A DNA stretch of 64,000 bases from positions 2,176,001 to 2,240,000 of the forward strand of contig OY821645.1 in the NCBI GenBank assembly GCA_963682135.1, given 5' to 3'. The translations under genes and the position numbers were made by a program. How positions within the stretch are numbered: the stretch's first letter is position 1; every line of letters begins with the position of its first letter. This stretch comes from Methanothrix sp. Lineage in GTDB: Archaea > Halobacteriota > Methanosarcinia > Methanotrichales > Methanotrichaceae. This document shows positions 1 to 9,635 of the stretch, one piece after another. The notes under the pieces are model-generated. The model was not told where the DNA came from and did no database searches. It saw only the letters and a list, made by a program, of their open reading frames with translations.

Positions 1-654
1 GAAGGCGTAAGGGCAGAGGCAGGAGCCATGCTCTATATGGATGGCGGGATAGAGATGCAGACATCCTCTGGAGGCGGGCTCTTCAAAGGCTTCAAGAGGA
101 TGCTCACCGGGGAGAGCTTCTTTATAACCACCTTCTTGAACAATGCAAAAGACCGAAGAAAGGTGGCCTTTGCTGCCCCCTTTCCTGGAAGGATCTTGCC
201 CATAGACCTGGGCGCGTTTGGAGGCAGCATTCTGTGCCAGAAGGATTCCTTTCTCTGCGCTGCACGGGGCATTGAGATTGAGGTAGCTTTCACCAAGAAG
301 CTGGGAGCCGGGCTTTTCGGGGGAGAGGGTTTCATATTGCAGAGGTTGCAGGGCAACGGTCTTGCTTTCATTCATGCTGGAGGGACCTTGCTCGAGAGGA
401 ACCTACAATCTGGGGAGATTCTCATGGTTGACACCGGCTGCCTGTGCGCTCTCTCTCCTGGCGTGGATTATGATATCAAGTTCGTGGGGGGCTTCAAGAA
501 CGCCCTGCTGGGTGGAGAAGGTGTCTTCCTGGCCCGGCTGGAGGGCCCGGGAAAGGTGTATCTGCAAAGCCTGCCCCTCTCCCGTCTAGCTGACAGGATC
601 ATCGAGGCCGGCAGGATGATTCATGTGCAGGCAGGTGGCCAGCAGAAGAACTGA
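1..654 (+). CDS. TIGR00266/AIM24 family protein (5' end outside window)
   Basis: Frame is open from base 1 (EGVRAEAGAM...). Motifs GESFF, QKDSFL, GGEGF, VDTG, GPGKVYLQSLP are typical of AIM24/TIGR00266. Confidence 0.9.
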   Translation, partial: EGVRAEAGAMLYMDGGIEMQTSSGGGLFKGFKRMLTGESFFITTFLNNAKDRRKVAFAAPFPGRILPIDLGAFGGSILCQKDSFLCAARGIEIEVAFTKKLGAGLFGGEGFILQRLQGNGLAFIHAGGTLLERNLQSGEILMVDTGCLCALSPGVDYDIKFVGGFKNALLGGEGVFLARLEGPGKVYLQSLPLSRLADRIIEAGRMIHVQAGGQQKN

Positions 655-1046
655 GCATAGAGAAGGCATACTGGAGTTTTAGCTCTTCTATTTTTTAAGG
701 TTGGCAGTCGCAGGATGGTCCGCTTGGCTCATGCTCGGATGGCATTGTTGTGAAAAATGCTTGTGCATGGAGACTATTATTTTGCTTTGCATGATACTGA
801 TTAGCATAGTCGGCTCTCAGATAGTTTTATATAGAATCTCAACCCAAGAGACCATCGATGAAGCTAAGCACAACTGTCTACTGCATCACTTTAAAATCCG
901 GTTTAGAACGGACCTTTTTCTAGCCCTGGCTTTAGATTATCCCTTTTGATTAATGCGCGAACATTAATATTATCGCAAAAAAGGGGCGGATGCTGTCGCA
1001 TCATGAATTGTGAATTATATATTATTAAGTTCGGAGGTGACTCGCT

Positions 1047-1715
1047 ATGATGAATCGCACAATGAAACTGCTCCTGCTCTCGGACATATTCGTTCTGACG
1101 GGATTTGGGCTGATCCAGCCCATACTTGCCATCTACATAAACGATGGTGGCGTGACAGGGGGGACGATGATCACCGCCGGCATGGCGAGTGCCCTCTTCA
1201 TGCTCATCAAGTCGGTGGTGCAACTGCCCTTCGGGCATTATGTGGACAGCCATGCCGGGAAAGAGAGGTGGCTGGTATTGGGGACGCTGCTCATGGCCAG
1301 CGTTCCTATAATCTATCTCTCGGCAAACAGCATCTACCAGATCTACCTGGCAGAGGCGATTTATGGACTGGGCAGCGGCCTGGCCTACCCCACCTGGCTT
1401 GGCCTGTGGTCTGTAAATCTGGACCCTGGCAGAGAGAGCTTCCAGTGGTCCATTTACCATACATCTACAGGCATGGGGACAGCGGCCACGGGAGCTGCCG
1501 GCGCAGCAGTGGCCAGCCAGATGGGCTTTTCCGCTACCTTCATGCTGGCCGGGTTGCTGTGTATTTTGGGATGCCTGGTCCTTTTGGTCCTGGAGCGCAG
1601 AAGTGCCAGGAAAGCGGAGGATTTGGGGGGTGAGGCCCGTTTCCGTAAAAGAGGGATGGGCATTTTCCTATCCCGGCTGGGGGACTTCGGGCAGAAGGCC
1701 CCCTGCTCTTGTTGA
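1047..1715 (+). CDS. Half-size (about 6 TM) MFS transporter
   Basis: Hydrophobic helices, MFS motif-A-like QLPFGHYVDSHAGK, GGAGGTGA RBS. Only 222 aa. Confidence 0.75.
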   Translation: MMNRTMKLLLLSDIFVLTGFGLIQPILAIYINDGGVTGGTMITAGMASALFMLIKSVVQLPFGHYVDSHAGKERWLVLGTLLMASVPIIYLSANSIYQIYLAEAIYGLGSGLAYPTWLGLWSVNLDPGRESFQWSIYHTSTGMGTAATGAAGAAVASQMGFSATFMLAGLLCILGCLVLLVLERRSARKAEDLGGEARFRKRGMGIFLSRLGDFGQKAPCSC

Positions 1716-1806
1716 CGCGAACCCTTTTTCTAAAATATTTAGGTATTCTTCTAATAACGCTGATATAGCGGATTTGCTATGCTAATTTGCTGTGAGGAAT
1801 AATCTT

Positions 1807-2286
1807 ATGCAAATGAAAAATGTGCTGATGGCCGGTCTTCTGGCCGCGACCATTCTTTGTGTGGGGGCGGCTCTTGCCCAGGATTTCGCGCCACAGACCG
1901 GGACCTTCATCAAAGGCGGCGAGATGAACGGCATGTGTCGGCTTGATATCATCAACATTGGGGCGAATGATGCAGTAGCATACCTTAGCACCATGCAAAA
2001 GAAGGTCGTAGCTGCCGTCTACATTCGCGGGGGAGACTTCTTCAATTTGACGGGAATCGATGCCGGTAGCTATGAGCTCTACTTCAAGCAGGGTCAGAGC
2101 TGGAGCAACAGTACGGGAAAATTCGCGACCAATGCCACGAGCAGCCGCATGGAGGAACCTCTCACCTTTGAGACTCAGAAGACGCCGGAAGGAGTCCGCT
2201 ATACCTGGGGGCAGGTCACACTGGAAGAGGTGCCCGACGGTAATGCGGTTGTAGTTCCTGTGAGTGAGGAAGATTTTCCGGTTTAG
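1807..2286 (+). CDS. Secreted hypothetical protein
   Basis: Signal peptide (MKNVLMAGLLAATILCVGAALA) followed by a beta-rich domain (DAV...VYIRGG...GSYELYF.QG..W). Confidence 0.75.
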   Translation: MQMKNVLMAGLLAATILCVGAALAQDFAPQTGTFIKGGEMNGMCRLDIINIGANDAVAYLSTMQKKVVAAVYIRGGDFFNLTGIDAGSYELYFKQGQSWSNSTGKFATNATSSRMEEPLTFETQKTPEGVRYTWGQVTLEEVPDGNAVVVPVSEEDFPV

Positions 2287-2368
2287 TCGATGAGCTTATA
2301 ATCGATGAGAATGGGGCATTTTGGCCCCACCGCAGTTATTAATTTTTATATAAAACTAAAATTCAATA

Positions 2369-2824
2369 TCATACAATATCGCAGACGAAGAACATCTTTC
2401 CCGTATCTCGCATCTCTTTAATGGGAATGCCCAGCTTCAGGCTCTCAAGCTTCACATGATCGGGGTTAAATGGATCCAAGCCGCCAACTCCCGTCCCAAT
2501 CTTAAATGAACTTTGGATTTTGCTGGGGGATTGAGCGGATGACGCGCCTGCCGTAACCAATGGTGCGACTCCAGCCATCTCGCTGATATCAGCGACTACA
2601 TTCGATTGCCCATTTACAGTGCTTAGATTCTGAGCGTCCTGAATTTCTGCACCAAGATTCAATGCTGCATCTGCAGGATCAATTGCAATTGTGGTGTTAT
2701 TCAGAATAGTGCTATTCAAGGTGGTGTTGTTCGCGGTAGCATTGGTCTGCTGAGCCGTCACGGCAAATGTAGCCGTCATTGCCAGAACCAGGATGCTTGC
2801 TAGATATATAAACTGCTTATTCAT
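2369..2824 (-). CDS. Secreted Asn/Thr-rich hypothetical protein (paralog of 2935..3540)
   Basis: Signal peptide, repeated NNTT/NST sequons, conserved C-terminal motif. Confidence 0.75.
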   Translation of the reverse strand: MNKQFIYLASILVLAMTATFAVTAQQTNATANNTTLNSTILNNTTIAIDPADAALNLGAEIQDAQNLSTVNGQSNVVADISEMAGVAPLVTAGASSAQSPSKIQSSFKIGTGVGGLDPFNPDHVKLESLKLGIPIKEMRDTGKMFFVCDIV

Positions 2825-2934
2825 GGTCGTCCTCAGGCGGTGATAATTGCCTGGGAGGATATCAAATTAACCATCACCAAAAAATATCCTGGGACCTGCC
2901 CCAGGAATCTGCCAACAATTCCGATGCAGAGATT

Positions 2935-3540
2935 TCAAATCTTATTGACGAAAAACGGCAGAGCACTCAGGTCCATTATTGTCTCGGCGGGCAGGCCGAT
3001 CTCGTAAGCTCCTTGAGCCAGGGAGTTGCCGTTGATTGAGAACAGATTGGGAGTTCTTCCGGTGCCGCCAATGGCAAAGGTGGTCCTTTGGGGAGATCCG
3101 ATTTGCATCCCACTGGATTGCAGGGCCGGGGTGACGGGAAGCGTCTCTACTGCGGCAGTGGCGTTCTCAGAAGGAGTGGCCTTCGTAGCTGGTGCCGTCT
3201 CGTTCTGAGGGGCAATTACCTCGATTGGGACGATTGGCGTCTCATTCTGGGCAGGAATGGCCTCAGATGCCAAAGCTGGCATAATTTCAGTAGAAGCGGT
3301 CTCATTTAGAGCTGTCTCATTAACCATCTCGGTCGACAATACGGGAGCTTCGGTCACGCTTTCATTTGCCGCCGCAATTATAGGTTCGCTTGTAGTGGCA
3401 TTAAATGTGGTGTTATTCAGCAACGTTGTGTTGTTCATGCTGGCATTATTCAAGGCCGTCGTGCTCTCCTGAGCGGAGACTGCAAGTATAGCAGCTAACA
3501 CGAACAGGACGCCTGCAAATTGAATAGATCGCTTACTCAT
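2935..3540 (-). CDS. Secreted Asn/Thr/Pro-rich hypothetical protein
   Basis: Signal peptide, NNTT/NET sequons, C-terminus similar to neighbour. GGTGAGG RBS precedes ATG 3540. Confidence 0.75.
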   Translation of the reverse strand: MSKRSIQFAGVLFVLAAILAVSAQESTTALNNASMNNTTLLNNTTFNATTSEPIIAAANESVTEAPVLSTEMVNETALNETASTEIMPALASEAIPAQNETPIVPIEVIAPQNETAPATKATPSENATAAVETLPVTPALQSSGMQIGSPQRTTFAIGGTGRTPNLFSINGNSLAQGAYEIGLPAETIMDLSALPFFVNKI

Positions 3541-3583
3541 ATAATTCCTCACCTTGATGGCATAGCCTGGTAGTTTATCAATT

Positions 3584-4339
3584 CTATGCTCTCATTATAT
3601 TGCCATTATCCTCAGCCCGGTTACAGCTATCGGTGGTGACAAAGCCTCCATCCTTGCGCCTCATCTCGCAGACGAGCTTGCCGTCTACAATGCGCAGGAT
3701 GCGGTCCGTCTTCTCGGCAAGTGTCATGTCGTGCGTCACCAGGATGAAGGTCTGATTGATCTTTCGGTTCAGCTCCCGCAGCAGGTTATAGATGAGGTCG
3801 GAGCTTCTTGTGTCCAGGTTGCCGGTTAGCTCATCGCCGATCACTATGGACGGTCCATTGGCCAGAGCCCGGGCTACGGCGACGCGCTGGTTCTGGCCGC
3901 CGGAAAGCTGATTGGGACGGTTGTCCCGCCGATCTGCCAGGCCAACCGCAGTGAGGAGTTCCAGGGCTCTCTCTTTAGCGGCAGCTTTGTCTTTCTTGGC
4001 GATGAGCATGGGCATCATGACGTTCTCCAAAGCTGAGAACTCCGGGATGAGGTGATGGTACTGAAAGACGAAACCCAGCTCCTGGCTGCGAAGCCTTGCT
4101 CGCTCTTCTGGACTGGCCCGGCTGACATCTATCCCTTTGAGAAATATCTGGCCTCGGCTAGGTGTGTCCAAAAGGCCGATCATATTGAGCAGTGTGCTCT
4201 TTCCGCTACCGCTGGGGCCAACTATGGCCACGAACTCGCCCGCCTTGATCTTGACGCTTACACCGTCTAAGGCCCTTACCTCCACGCCGTTTCCATAGAT
4301 CTTGCTCAGATCTTTGAGCACAATTATGTCGTCACTCAC
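3584..4339 (-). CDS. ABC transporter ATP-binding protein, LolD/MacB type
   Basis: Walker A GPSGSGKST, LSGGQ signature, GDELTGNLD, VTHD. Confidence 0.92.
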   Translation of the reverse strand: MSDDIIVLKDLSKIYGNGVEVRALDGVSVKIKAGEFVAIVGPSGSGKSTLLNMIGLLDTPSRGQIFLKGIDVSRASPEERARLRSQELGFVFQYHHLIPEFSALENVMMPMLIAKKDKAAAKERALELLTAVGLADRRDNRPNQLSGGQNQRVAVARALANGPSIVIGDELTGNLDTRSSDLIYNLLRELNRKINQTFILVTHDMTLAEKTDRILRIVDGKLVCEMRRKDGGFVTTDSCNRAEDNGNIMRA

Positions 4340-5039
4340 TTATTATCGTCTCCACGTACCGTCTTCACGCGATCAAGCCTCAGGCGGGCAGCATTGAGCA
4401 CATCTGTCTTGCAGCTCTCACTTATCTATCATCAGCATATTAATATCCTTAGGTGATATTTCGGTAACATTCTTATGAACAAGAAGAGGACGGATGCACT
4501 AAAAGGAGCCATGGTTATACGCTTTGGCGGATTTGCGGCCATATCAGCTGGGCTGCTCTATTTCTTGGGGCAGGACTACTGGCAGGGGTGGTTATATTGG
4601 GCAGTTCTTTTTGCACCAATGTCACTCGTGGTTCTCTATTTTCTGAATAAAGATCCTGAATTCCTGGAAAGGAGGACGAGATACAAGGAGAAAGAACCGG
4701 AACAAGCAACGATTATCATGGTCGGAGCTGCGATTCTTATTGCAGGGATCATTGTTATCGGTCTGGACCAGCATTATTCCTGGTCGGCAGTCCCTGCTGC
4801 GGCGTCAATTTCGGCAGATGCGCTCTCTCTTATTGGCTATTGCATAATATTTCTGGCCTTTAGGGAGAACAGTTATGCCTCGCGGACAATAGTTGTTGAA
4901 AAGAATCAGAGTGTGATCTCCAGCGGACCCTACGCCATAATCTGTCATCCGATGTATCTTGGCTATCTGATGATGATGCTGGCCATGCCAGTTGCTCTGG
5001 GGTCATGGGCAGGAGTTCCCATCTTTTCTCTGTACATAC

Positions 5040-5200
5040 CGCTCATCATTGCCCGCATTGTGAACTACCGCGTCCTGAAGGGCGCGGCTTCCCACTTCAT
5101 CGCCAATACTTGCATCACGGTTATGTGATGTAGTGGTTTTGGTTCTATGGGCGCTACGGGCTGTTCCATCCCTGTGATGAGTATGTTCCTGGAAGCATTG
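5040..5200 (-). ncRNA. Putative omegaRNA/reRNA of tnpB element 1 (scaffold overlaps tnpB 3' end; guide from the flank starts AATGCGGGC)
   Basis: Inferred from known TnpB reRNA architecture: right-end hairpin, TCAC end, flank-derived guide. Boundaries approximate. Confidence 0.55.
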
Positions 5201-6384
5201 TAGTCTCTGTCACATGAGAATCCGCAATAAGGGCACTCATGTACTCGTACCGACAAATCTTTCTTTACGATGCTTCCACAAGCTGAACACCTTTGAGTGG
5301 TGTTCCTGGGATCTACTTTTATCAGCTTTCGACCAGCACTTTGAGCCTTGTACGATAGCATGAATATGAACTTGGACCAGGATGCATCATGGATGCTGCG
5401 ATGCATACTATTATTATGGCCTTTCTCTTTCAGACCAATGACCTCAAGATCCTCAACGCAGATGATATCAAAGTTATTCACATAGGTCCGAGATAACTTA
5501 TGAAGGAAATCGTCTCGTTGGCAGTTGATTCTTTTATGCAGCTTAGCGATTTTATCCTTGAGGAACTTATAATTATTCGATCCCCTCACTGCTCTGGCTA
5601 GCTTTCGTTGCAGTCTTGCCAGTTTATCAGCAGATTGCTCGCCACATCTTGGATTCTCTATCTCATTGCCAACGGAATCAACCACAAAGGAAGTCAAACC
5701 GACATCCAGACCTACTGCTTCTCCAGTTTCCGGTAACTGCTGTGGTTCCTGATCGGCCTGGACTATGGCGAACCACCTCTGGCCTTCTCTCTTGATTATG
5801 ACAGCTTTGATGCAACCTTCGATCTTTCGATAGATCTTGATCCGCATATCTCCTATCTTGGATAGATGCAAAATGCTGTGATCTTGATCGACCTTGAATC
5901 CGGATTGGTTGTAATTCAGGGTATTGTACCAACCATACCCTTTGAAGCGAATATGACCGATCTTCCGACCGTTCTTCTTTGATGTCGAGAGTCCTTTGAT
6001 GTTAGACCAAAGAGTGTAATTCACCATCTGAAGAACTTTAGAGTAGACGAGATTCAGCTTCGGATTTATGAGCTTCAAAGAAGGAATCATGTTCTGAGAA
6101 TCATAGGTCTTGAGCTTGATGCCTTTTCGTTTTGCTTCATTCAGGTCTTGGAGAAGCCGATTATAGAGCCACCTGCAAGCATCCAAATTCTCCGCTAACT
6201 TCCATGCAGTGACCTTGTTAGGGAAGATGGGATACTTGTAGCTGATCATCATAAATACAGATATGCATACTTAATATTTATATTAGTTGAGGGCAGCGCG
6301 AAAGTAATCATGGCAAAGGACTCCGCTTTCATCCCCACCTTGAAGGATGGGGACTTCCCGCTCTGTCCTTCGCAATCCTACCAG
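5060..6384 (-). mobile_element. IS200/IS605-family (IS1341-type, tnpB only) insertion sequence
   Basis: Minus strand: TTTAA target, then left end with hairpin CCCCATCC-TTCAA-GGTGGGG; right end GAAGCCGCGCCCTTCAGGACGCGGTAGTTCAC. No target duplication; precise removal restores the host ORF. Confidence 0.93.
5065..6252 (-). CDS. tnpB: RNA-guided endonuclease TnpB
   Basis: HTH N-terminus (YKYPIFP...CRWLYN), RuvC motifs GLDVG, VEDL, DRDYNAS, Zn ribbon CSACG...CPYCG. Confidence 0.95.
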   Translation of the reverse strand: MMISYKYPIFPNKVTAWKLAENLDACRWLYNRLLQDLNEAKRKGIKLKTYDSQNMIPSLKLINPKLNLVYSKVLQMVNYTLWSNIKGLSTSKKNGRKIGHIRFKGYGWYNTLNYNQSGFKVDQDHSILHLSKIGDMRIKIYRKIEGCIKAVIIKREGQRWFAIVQADQEPQQLPETGEAVGLDVGLTSFVVDSVGNEIENPRCGEQSADKLARLQRKLARAVRGSNNYKFLKDKIAKLHKRINCQRDDFLHKLSRTYVNNFDIICVEDLEVIGLKEKGHNNSMHRSIHDASWSKFIFMLSYKAQSAGRKLIKVDPRNTTQRCSACGSIVKKDLSVRVHECPYCGFSCDRDYNASRNILITGMEQPVAPIEPKPLHHITVMQVLAMKWEAAPFRTR

Positions 6385-6773
6385 TTAAATGAGGAGAAGG
6401 TTCTGGCGAGAGATTTGCCCGGCTATGCCGAGTATCGGCGCAGAATACGGTATCGCTTGATGCCGGGAATTTGGTGAGGCCAGCTCGGGCGGCTCTGGTT
6501 TTGCAATCGATGAGTCGAATGGTGTCGCGAGCAGCTGCAGGGCGGCGAAATCATCTGACTTTCAGTATCTAGCCGTGCTTAGGATCTGCATCTTCCATAC
6601 CGCAATCAGGATAACAAACAGGACGATGAGCATCTTAAGAGCTAAAAGATATTCATTTGCCCCAGCTATGTTGAAGCCTGAAAGGAAATCTCCTTCGATA
6701 CCTACTGTCGAAATGCTTTCACCCCTTGCAATATATGCTGTTCATGATGAAATCATTTTCGATCACATTAAAT

Positions 6774-7030
6774 TCAATTCCTCCCACCGATACTGTGCTC
6801 GTAACCCCTTGCTTCCAGTCCCTCTGGCCGCACGGTGAAGACCAGCTCAAAGTCTCCGCCCGCGCTCATCACCAACTCCTGCGCCTTCTCCTGCCCCACC
6901 ATCTCTACCAGGCCTGCGGCCACCGGCAGCGCCTCCTCTCGCACCACAAAGCCCACCTGGCTGCACTGCGCCAGGTCGAGAGTGAGAGCGCCAGGCCGTC
7001 GCTGTTGTCCATCATGGTCGTGACCGCCCG
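6774..7030 (-). pseudogene. thiL: Thiamine-monophosphate kinase C-terminal remnant
   Basis: TTMMDNSDGLALSL, then a frameshift near 6980, then DLAQCSQVGF...GGDFELVFTV...GYEH: ThiL motifs DxSDGL and GGDFEL. N-terminal half absent. Confidence 0.75.
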
Positions 7031-7165
7031 CTCTAGCGAAAGCCTTATATCTCGGCAATTGACGTATAAGATGTTGGCGAAAGTCGATGGCCATCTTCCC
7101 TCCTACATCCAATTGACTTTCTCCTCCCTCCTTCTTATCCATCTTTCATGAGATCCATGTGCATA

Positions 7166-7315
7166 TTAGTATTCAGGTTCTTCTGCTAAGGATTCTGCGG
7201 TTAGTTTCATCAGGCCTTCAATTATTTGATCGTCGGTTAAATCCTCATCGGAATTGATATCATGAGGAAGACAATCTTTTTGTATGCGAATTTCAGGCGC
7301 CAATACCTCAGGCAT
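7166..7315 (-). CDS. Small acidic protein (49 aa), possible orphan antitoxin-like
   Basis: MPEVLAPEIRIQKDCLPHDINSDEDLTDDQIIEGLMKLTAESLAEEPEY*, with AT-rich promoter-like sequence upstream. Not in the ORF track. Confidence 0.4.
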   Translation of the reverse strand: MPEVLAPEIRIQKDCLPHDINSDEDLTDDQIIEGLMKLTAESLAEEPEY

Positions 7316-7391
7316 GCATGTTACTTAGGAGCCATATGTATATAAAGTTTGAATAATAAAGAAAAGACGCCAGGAACCCCTGTCCCGCCGT

Positions 7392-9524
7392 CTATCCGCC
7401 CTGCGCAGGCTCGTCCACCCCGCAGGCGGCGATCTTCTCAGCAAGCTTTGCCAGCACATCCTTTCTCATGCCGCCTACAAACTTGATCGATCCTACCACC
7501 AGGTGACCGCCTCCGGAGACGCCGCCATTGGGAATCTCCTCCATCAGCTCTTTGACCATCAGGGGAATGTTCATTTTCACAGCTTTGCTGCGCAGCACGG
7601 CAAAGTCCGGACCGTAGCCGATGGTGACAACGGGCTTTCCAGCATACTTCTTGCAGAGCCGATCGTGCACCTCGCCGGATGTCTTGCCGGGCGGAGGGAA
7701 GGTGAACTTGTGGGCGAAGTTCTCCACATCCAGCACATTCATGATAATGCCGTTGGGCAGTTTTGTGCTCTTCACATTGCCCATGCTGGCCCGCAGCTGC
7801 TCGTCAATGGCGGCATTGGCCTGCTCGCAGAGGAGCTCCACAATCCTCTGGTGTCGATCCAACCTGCCCAGACATAGGATATCGTTTATCATTCCTCGCC
7901 CGTCATTGAAGCGCTGCCAAAATGCCTCGTAGTCCAGGGCCAGAGCAATCTTCTTGAGGTCCTCATGGCTGTATTTGTCCTCAACCAGCTTTATGTAGGC
8001 TGACGCTTCCGGCGCTTCGCTTCTGTCGCCTACAGCCGATACAGCCGGAAAATGCCGAATCTTGCTCTCGACCGTGGGGTAGATCATGCGAGCGATTTCG
8101 GTGGCCAGCATGCCAGTGGTTAGACCGAAGTCGCCGCCGGCGTGCGCGGGATTGACATGAGCTATGAGAAACTGGTCCACGATCTTGTGAGGATGATGGT
8201 GATCGACGACCAGCATCTCCATGCCGTAGACCTGGGCCTGCCGCATGGCCGGAACATCCTCTTCCGTGGAGCCGTTGTCCATCAAAACGATGAGCGGCAT
8301 CTTCTGGCCATGCCTGGTCTGATCCTCCAGAGCATAGGTCAGATCCTTGGTCACATCCTCCAACTCGTAAAAGGGCGCTTTGCTGGGGGCGCGCCGGTAG
8401 TTGTGGTACTCGGCATCCGGCCCGCCAACCTCTGTGATGAGCGGCAAAATGGCCATCTCAATGGCGACAGCCGCCGTGATGCCATCGGCATCGGCATGAT
8501 GGCGCACCACGATGGGCTGGGACTTAAGGACCGCCCGGCGAATCTCCTTGGCCACCTGCTTCATGGCCGGCAAGAGCCTGGTCATGATCTCGCTCTTCAC
8601 CAGAAACTCGGTCTTCGAGGGCTCGGCGCGCAGGTCGATCGCCTGTTCAATCAGGTCTTTGACCATGGATGCCTCTTTGCCCCAGAGACGTTTCATGGAC
8701 TTGATCTCGACCTGGACCTGGTTGTTTCGCAGACTCACCTCTCCGATGACCCGCACCATCATATCGCTATCGATATCCGCGTAGGCCCGCACACCGGCCC
8801 TCTCAAAGGCGGCACAAAATACCAGACCGCTGTCATCCGCAATGGTGAAGATGGTAGGACCTCCCGTCTGCTTGACCTGGATGACCTCCCCCTTAATCAT
8901 GATCTGCTTTCCAACCCGGCTTTGCAGATCAGCCGTCTTGGATATCGGAAGCTCCTTTTCCACCTCAACAGTGTTGTACTCCTTCAGCTCTACCGGCTCC
9001 AGCTCGATATTGCCGTTCGCGAGAACATTTCGCACTGTGACAAAGATGCTCTCACCCACATCGGGCTTGCTCTTCAGATATTTGTTGTGGGCGAGCCCCC
9101 TCACGCTCTCGGAGAGATCCACAAAGGCCCCAAAGCTGGCGAGACCATTGACCTTTCCCTGATAAATCTCACCTATAACGATATCTTTGACATCGCAGGC
9201 AGGATCGAGAAGATGCACGAGCGGCTTTTTAGCACAGCGCTCGCATAGCTCTTTTTTACTGGAAAGCTTGGACTTGCACACGACGCACAGATACTCGCGC
9301 CCCAGACCGTGGCAAGCCGAACAGCTCTCTGTAACCGGCATCTTGCCAGAGCCCTGGCAGACGCTGCATTTAGTGGAGCCGCTATCAATAAGTTCTTTCA
9401 TATCCTTATCCGATGCCTCTCCCAGGGAGATGGAATCGGTCTTTCCGCTGCCACTGCAGTTGGGACAGGGCTTCTCTCCTACCACCAGGTAGCCCTTGCC
9501 CAGACAATTCTCGCACAGGTTCAT
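7392..9524 (-). CDS. RecJ-like DHH phosphoesterase with DnaJ-type Zn finger, S1 and OB domains (HAN/RecJ3-like)
   Basis: CxxCxGxG repeats, S1 (FGAFVDL), HHADADG, DNGS, DHHH, GGGH. Confidence 0.9.
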   Translation of the reverse strand: MNLCENCLGKGYLVVGEKPCPNCSGSGKTDSISLGEASDKDMKELIDSGSTKCSVCQGSGKMPVTESCSACHGLGREYLCVVCKSKLSSKKELCERCAKKPLVHLLDPACDVKDIVIGEIYQGKVNGLASFGAFVDLSESVRGLAHNKYLKSKPDVGESIFVTVRNVLANGNIELEPVELKEYNTVEVEKELPISKTADLQSRVGKQIMIKGEVIQVKQTGGPTIFTIADDSGLVFCAAFERAGVRAYADIDSDMMVRVIGEVSLRNNQVQVEIKSMKRLWGKEASMVKDLIEQAIDLRAEPSKTEFLVKSEIMTRLLPAMKQVAKEIRRAVLKSQPIVVRHHADADGITAAVAIEMAILPLITEVGGPDAEYHNYRRAPSKAPFYELEDVTKDLTYALEDQTRHGQKMPLIVLMDNGSTEEDVPAMRQAQVYGMEMLVVDHHHPHKIVDQFLIAHVNPAHAGGDFGLTTGMLATEIARMIYPTVESKIRHFPAVSAVGDRSEAPEASAYIKLVEDKYSHEDLKKIALALDYEAFWQRFNDGRGMINDILCLGRLDRHQRIVELLCEQANAAIDEQLRASMGNVKSTKLPNGIIMNVLDVENFAHKFTFPPPGKTSGEVHDRLCKKYAGKPVVTIGYGPDFAVLRSKAVKMNIPLMVKELMEEIPNGGVSGGGHLVVGSIKFVGGMRKDVLAKLAEKIAACGVDEPAQGG

Positions 9525-9635
9525 CCTGAAGAATGACGCACCTAAGGAATTTAGCTATTTTGCATTGGGTCTGGCGGATGAGCGCCAGAGATGGGGCCGA
9601 TTAAGACTAAATAAGATGCCAGATCTCCCGTGGGC

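Larger units (their letters stand above)
4475..6477 (+). pseudogene. Isoprenylcysteine carboxyl methyltransferase (ICMT/Ste14) family gene interrupted by an IS (pieces 4475..5059 and 6385..6477)
   Basis: N-terminal part has GPYAIICHPMYLG. Joining 5059 to 6385 restores in frame ...IARI-LNEEKVLARDLPGYAEYRRRIRYRLMPGIW*, the typical family C-terminus (225 aa total). Confidence 0.92.

Noticed and set aside
701-949. 82-aa ORF
   Set aside because: TTG start, no RBS or motif, lies in an intergenic promoter-like region.
4475-5128. 217-aa complete methyltransferase as listed in the ORF track
   Set aside because: The last 22 residues are read-through into the IS right end; the real C-terminus is at 6385..6477.
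5060-6384. IStron (self-splicing intron plus tnpB) that would keep the host gene functional
   Set aside because: The element is antisense to the host gene and has only about 130 bp outside tnpB, too little for a group I intron core.
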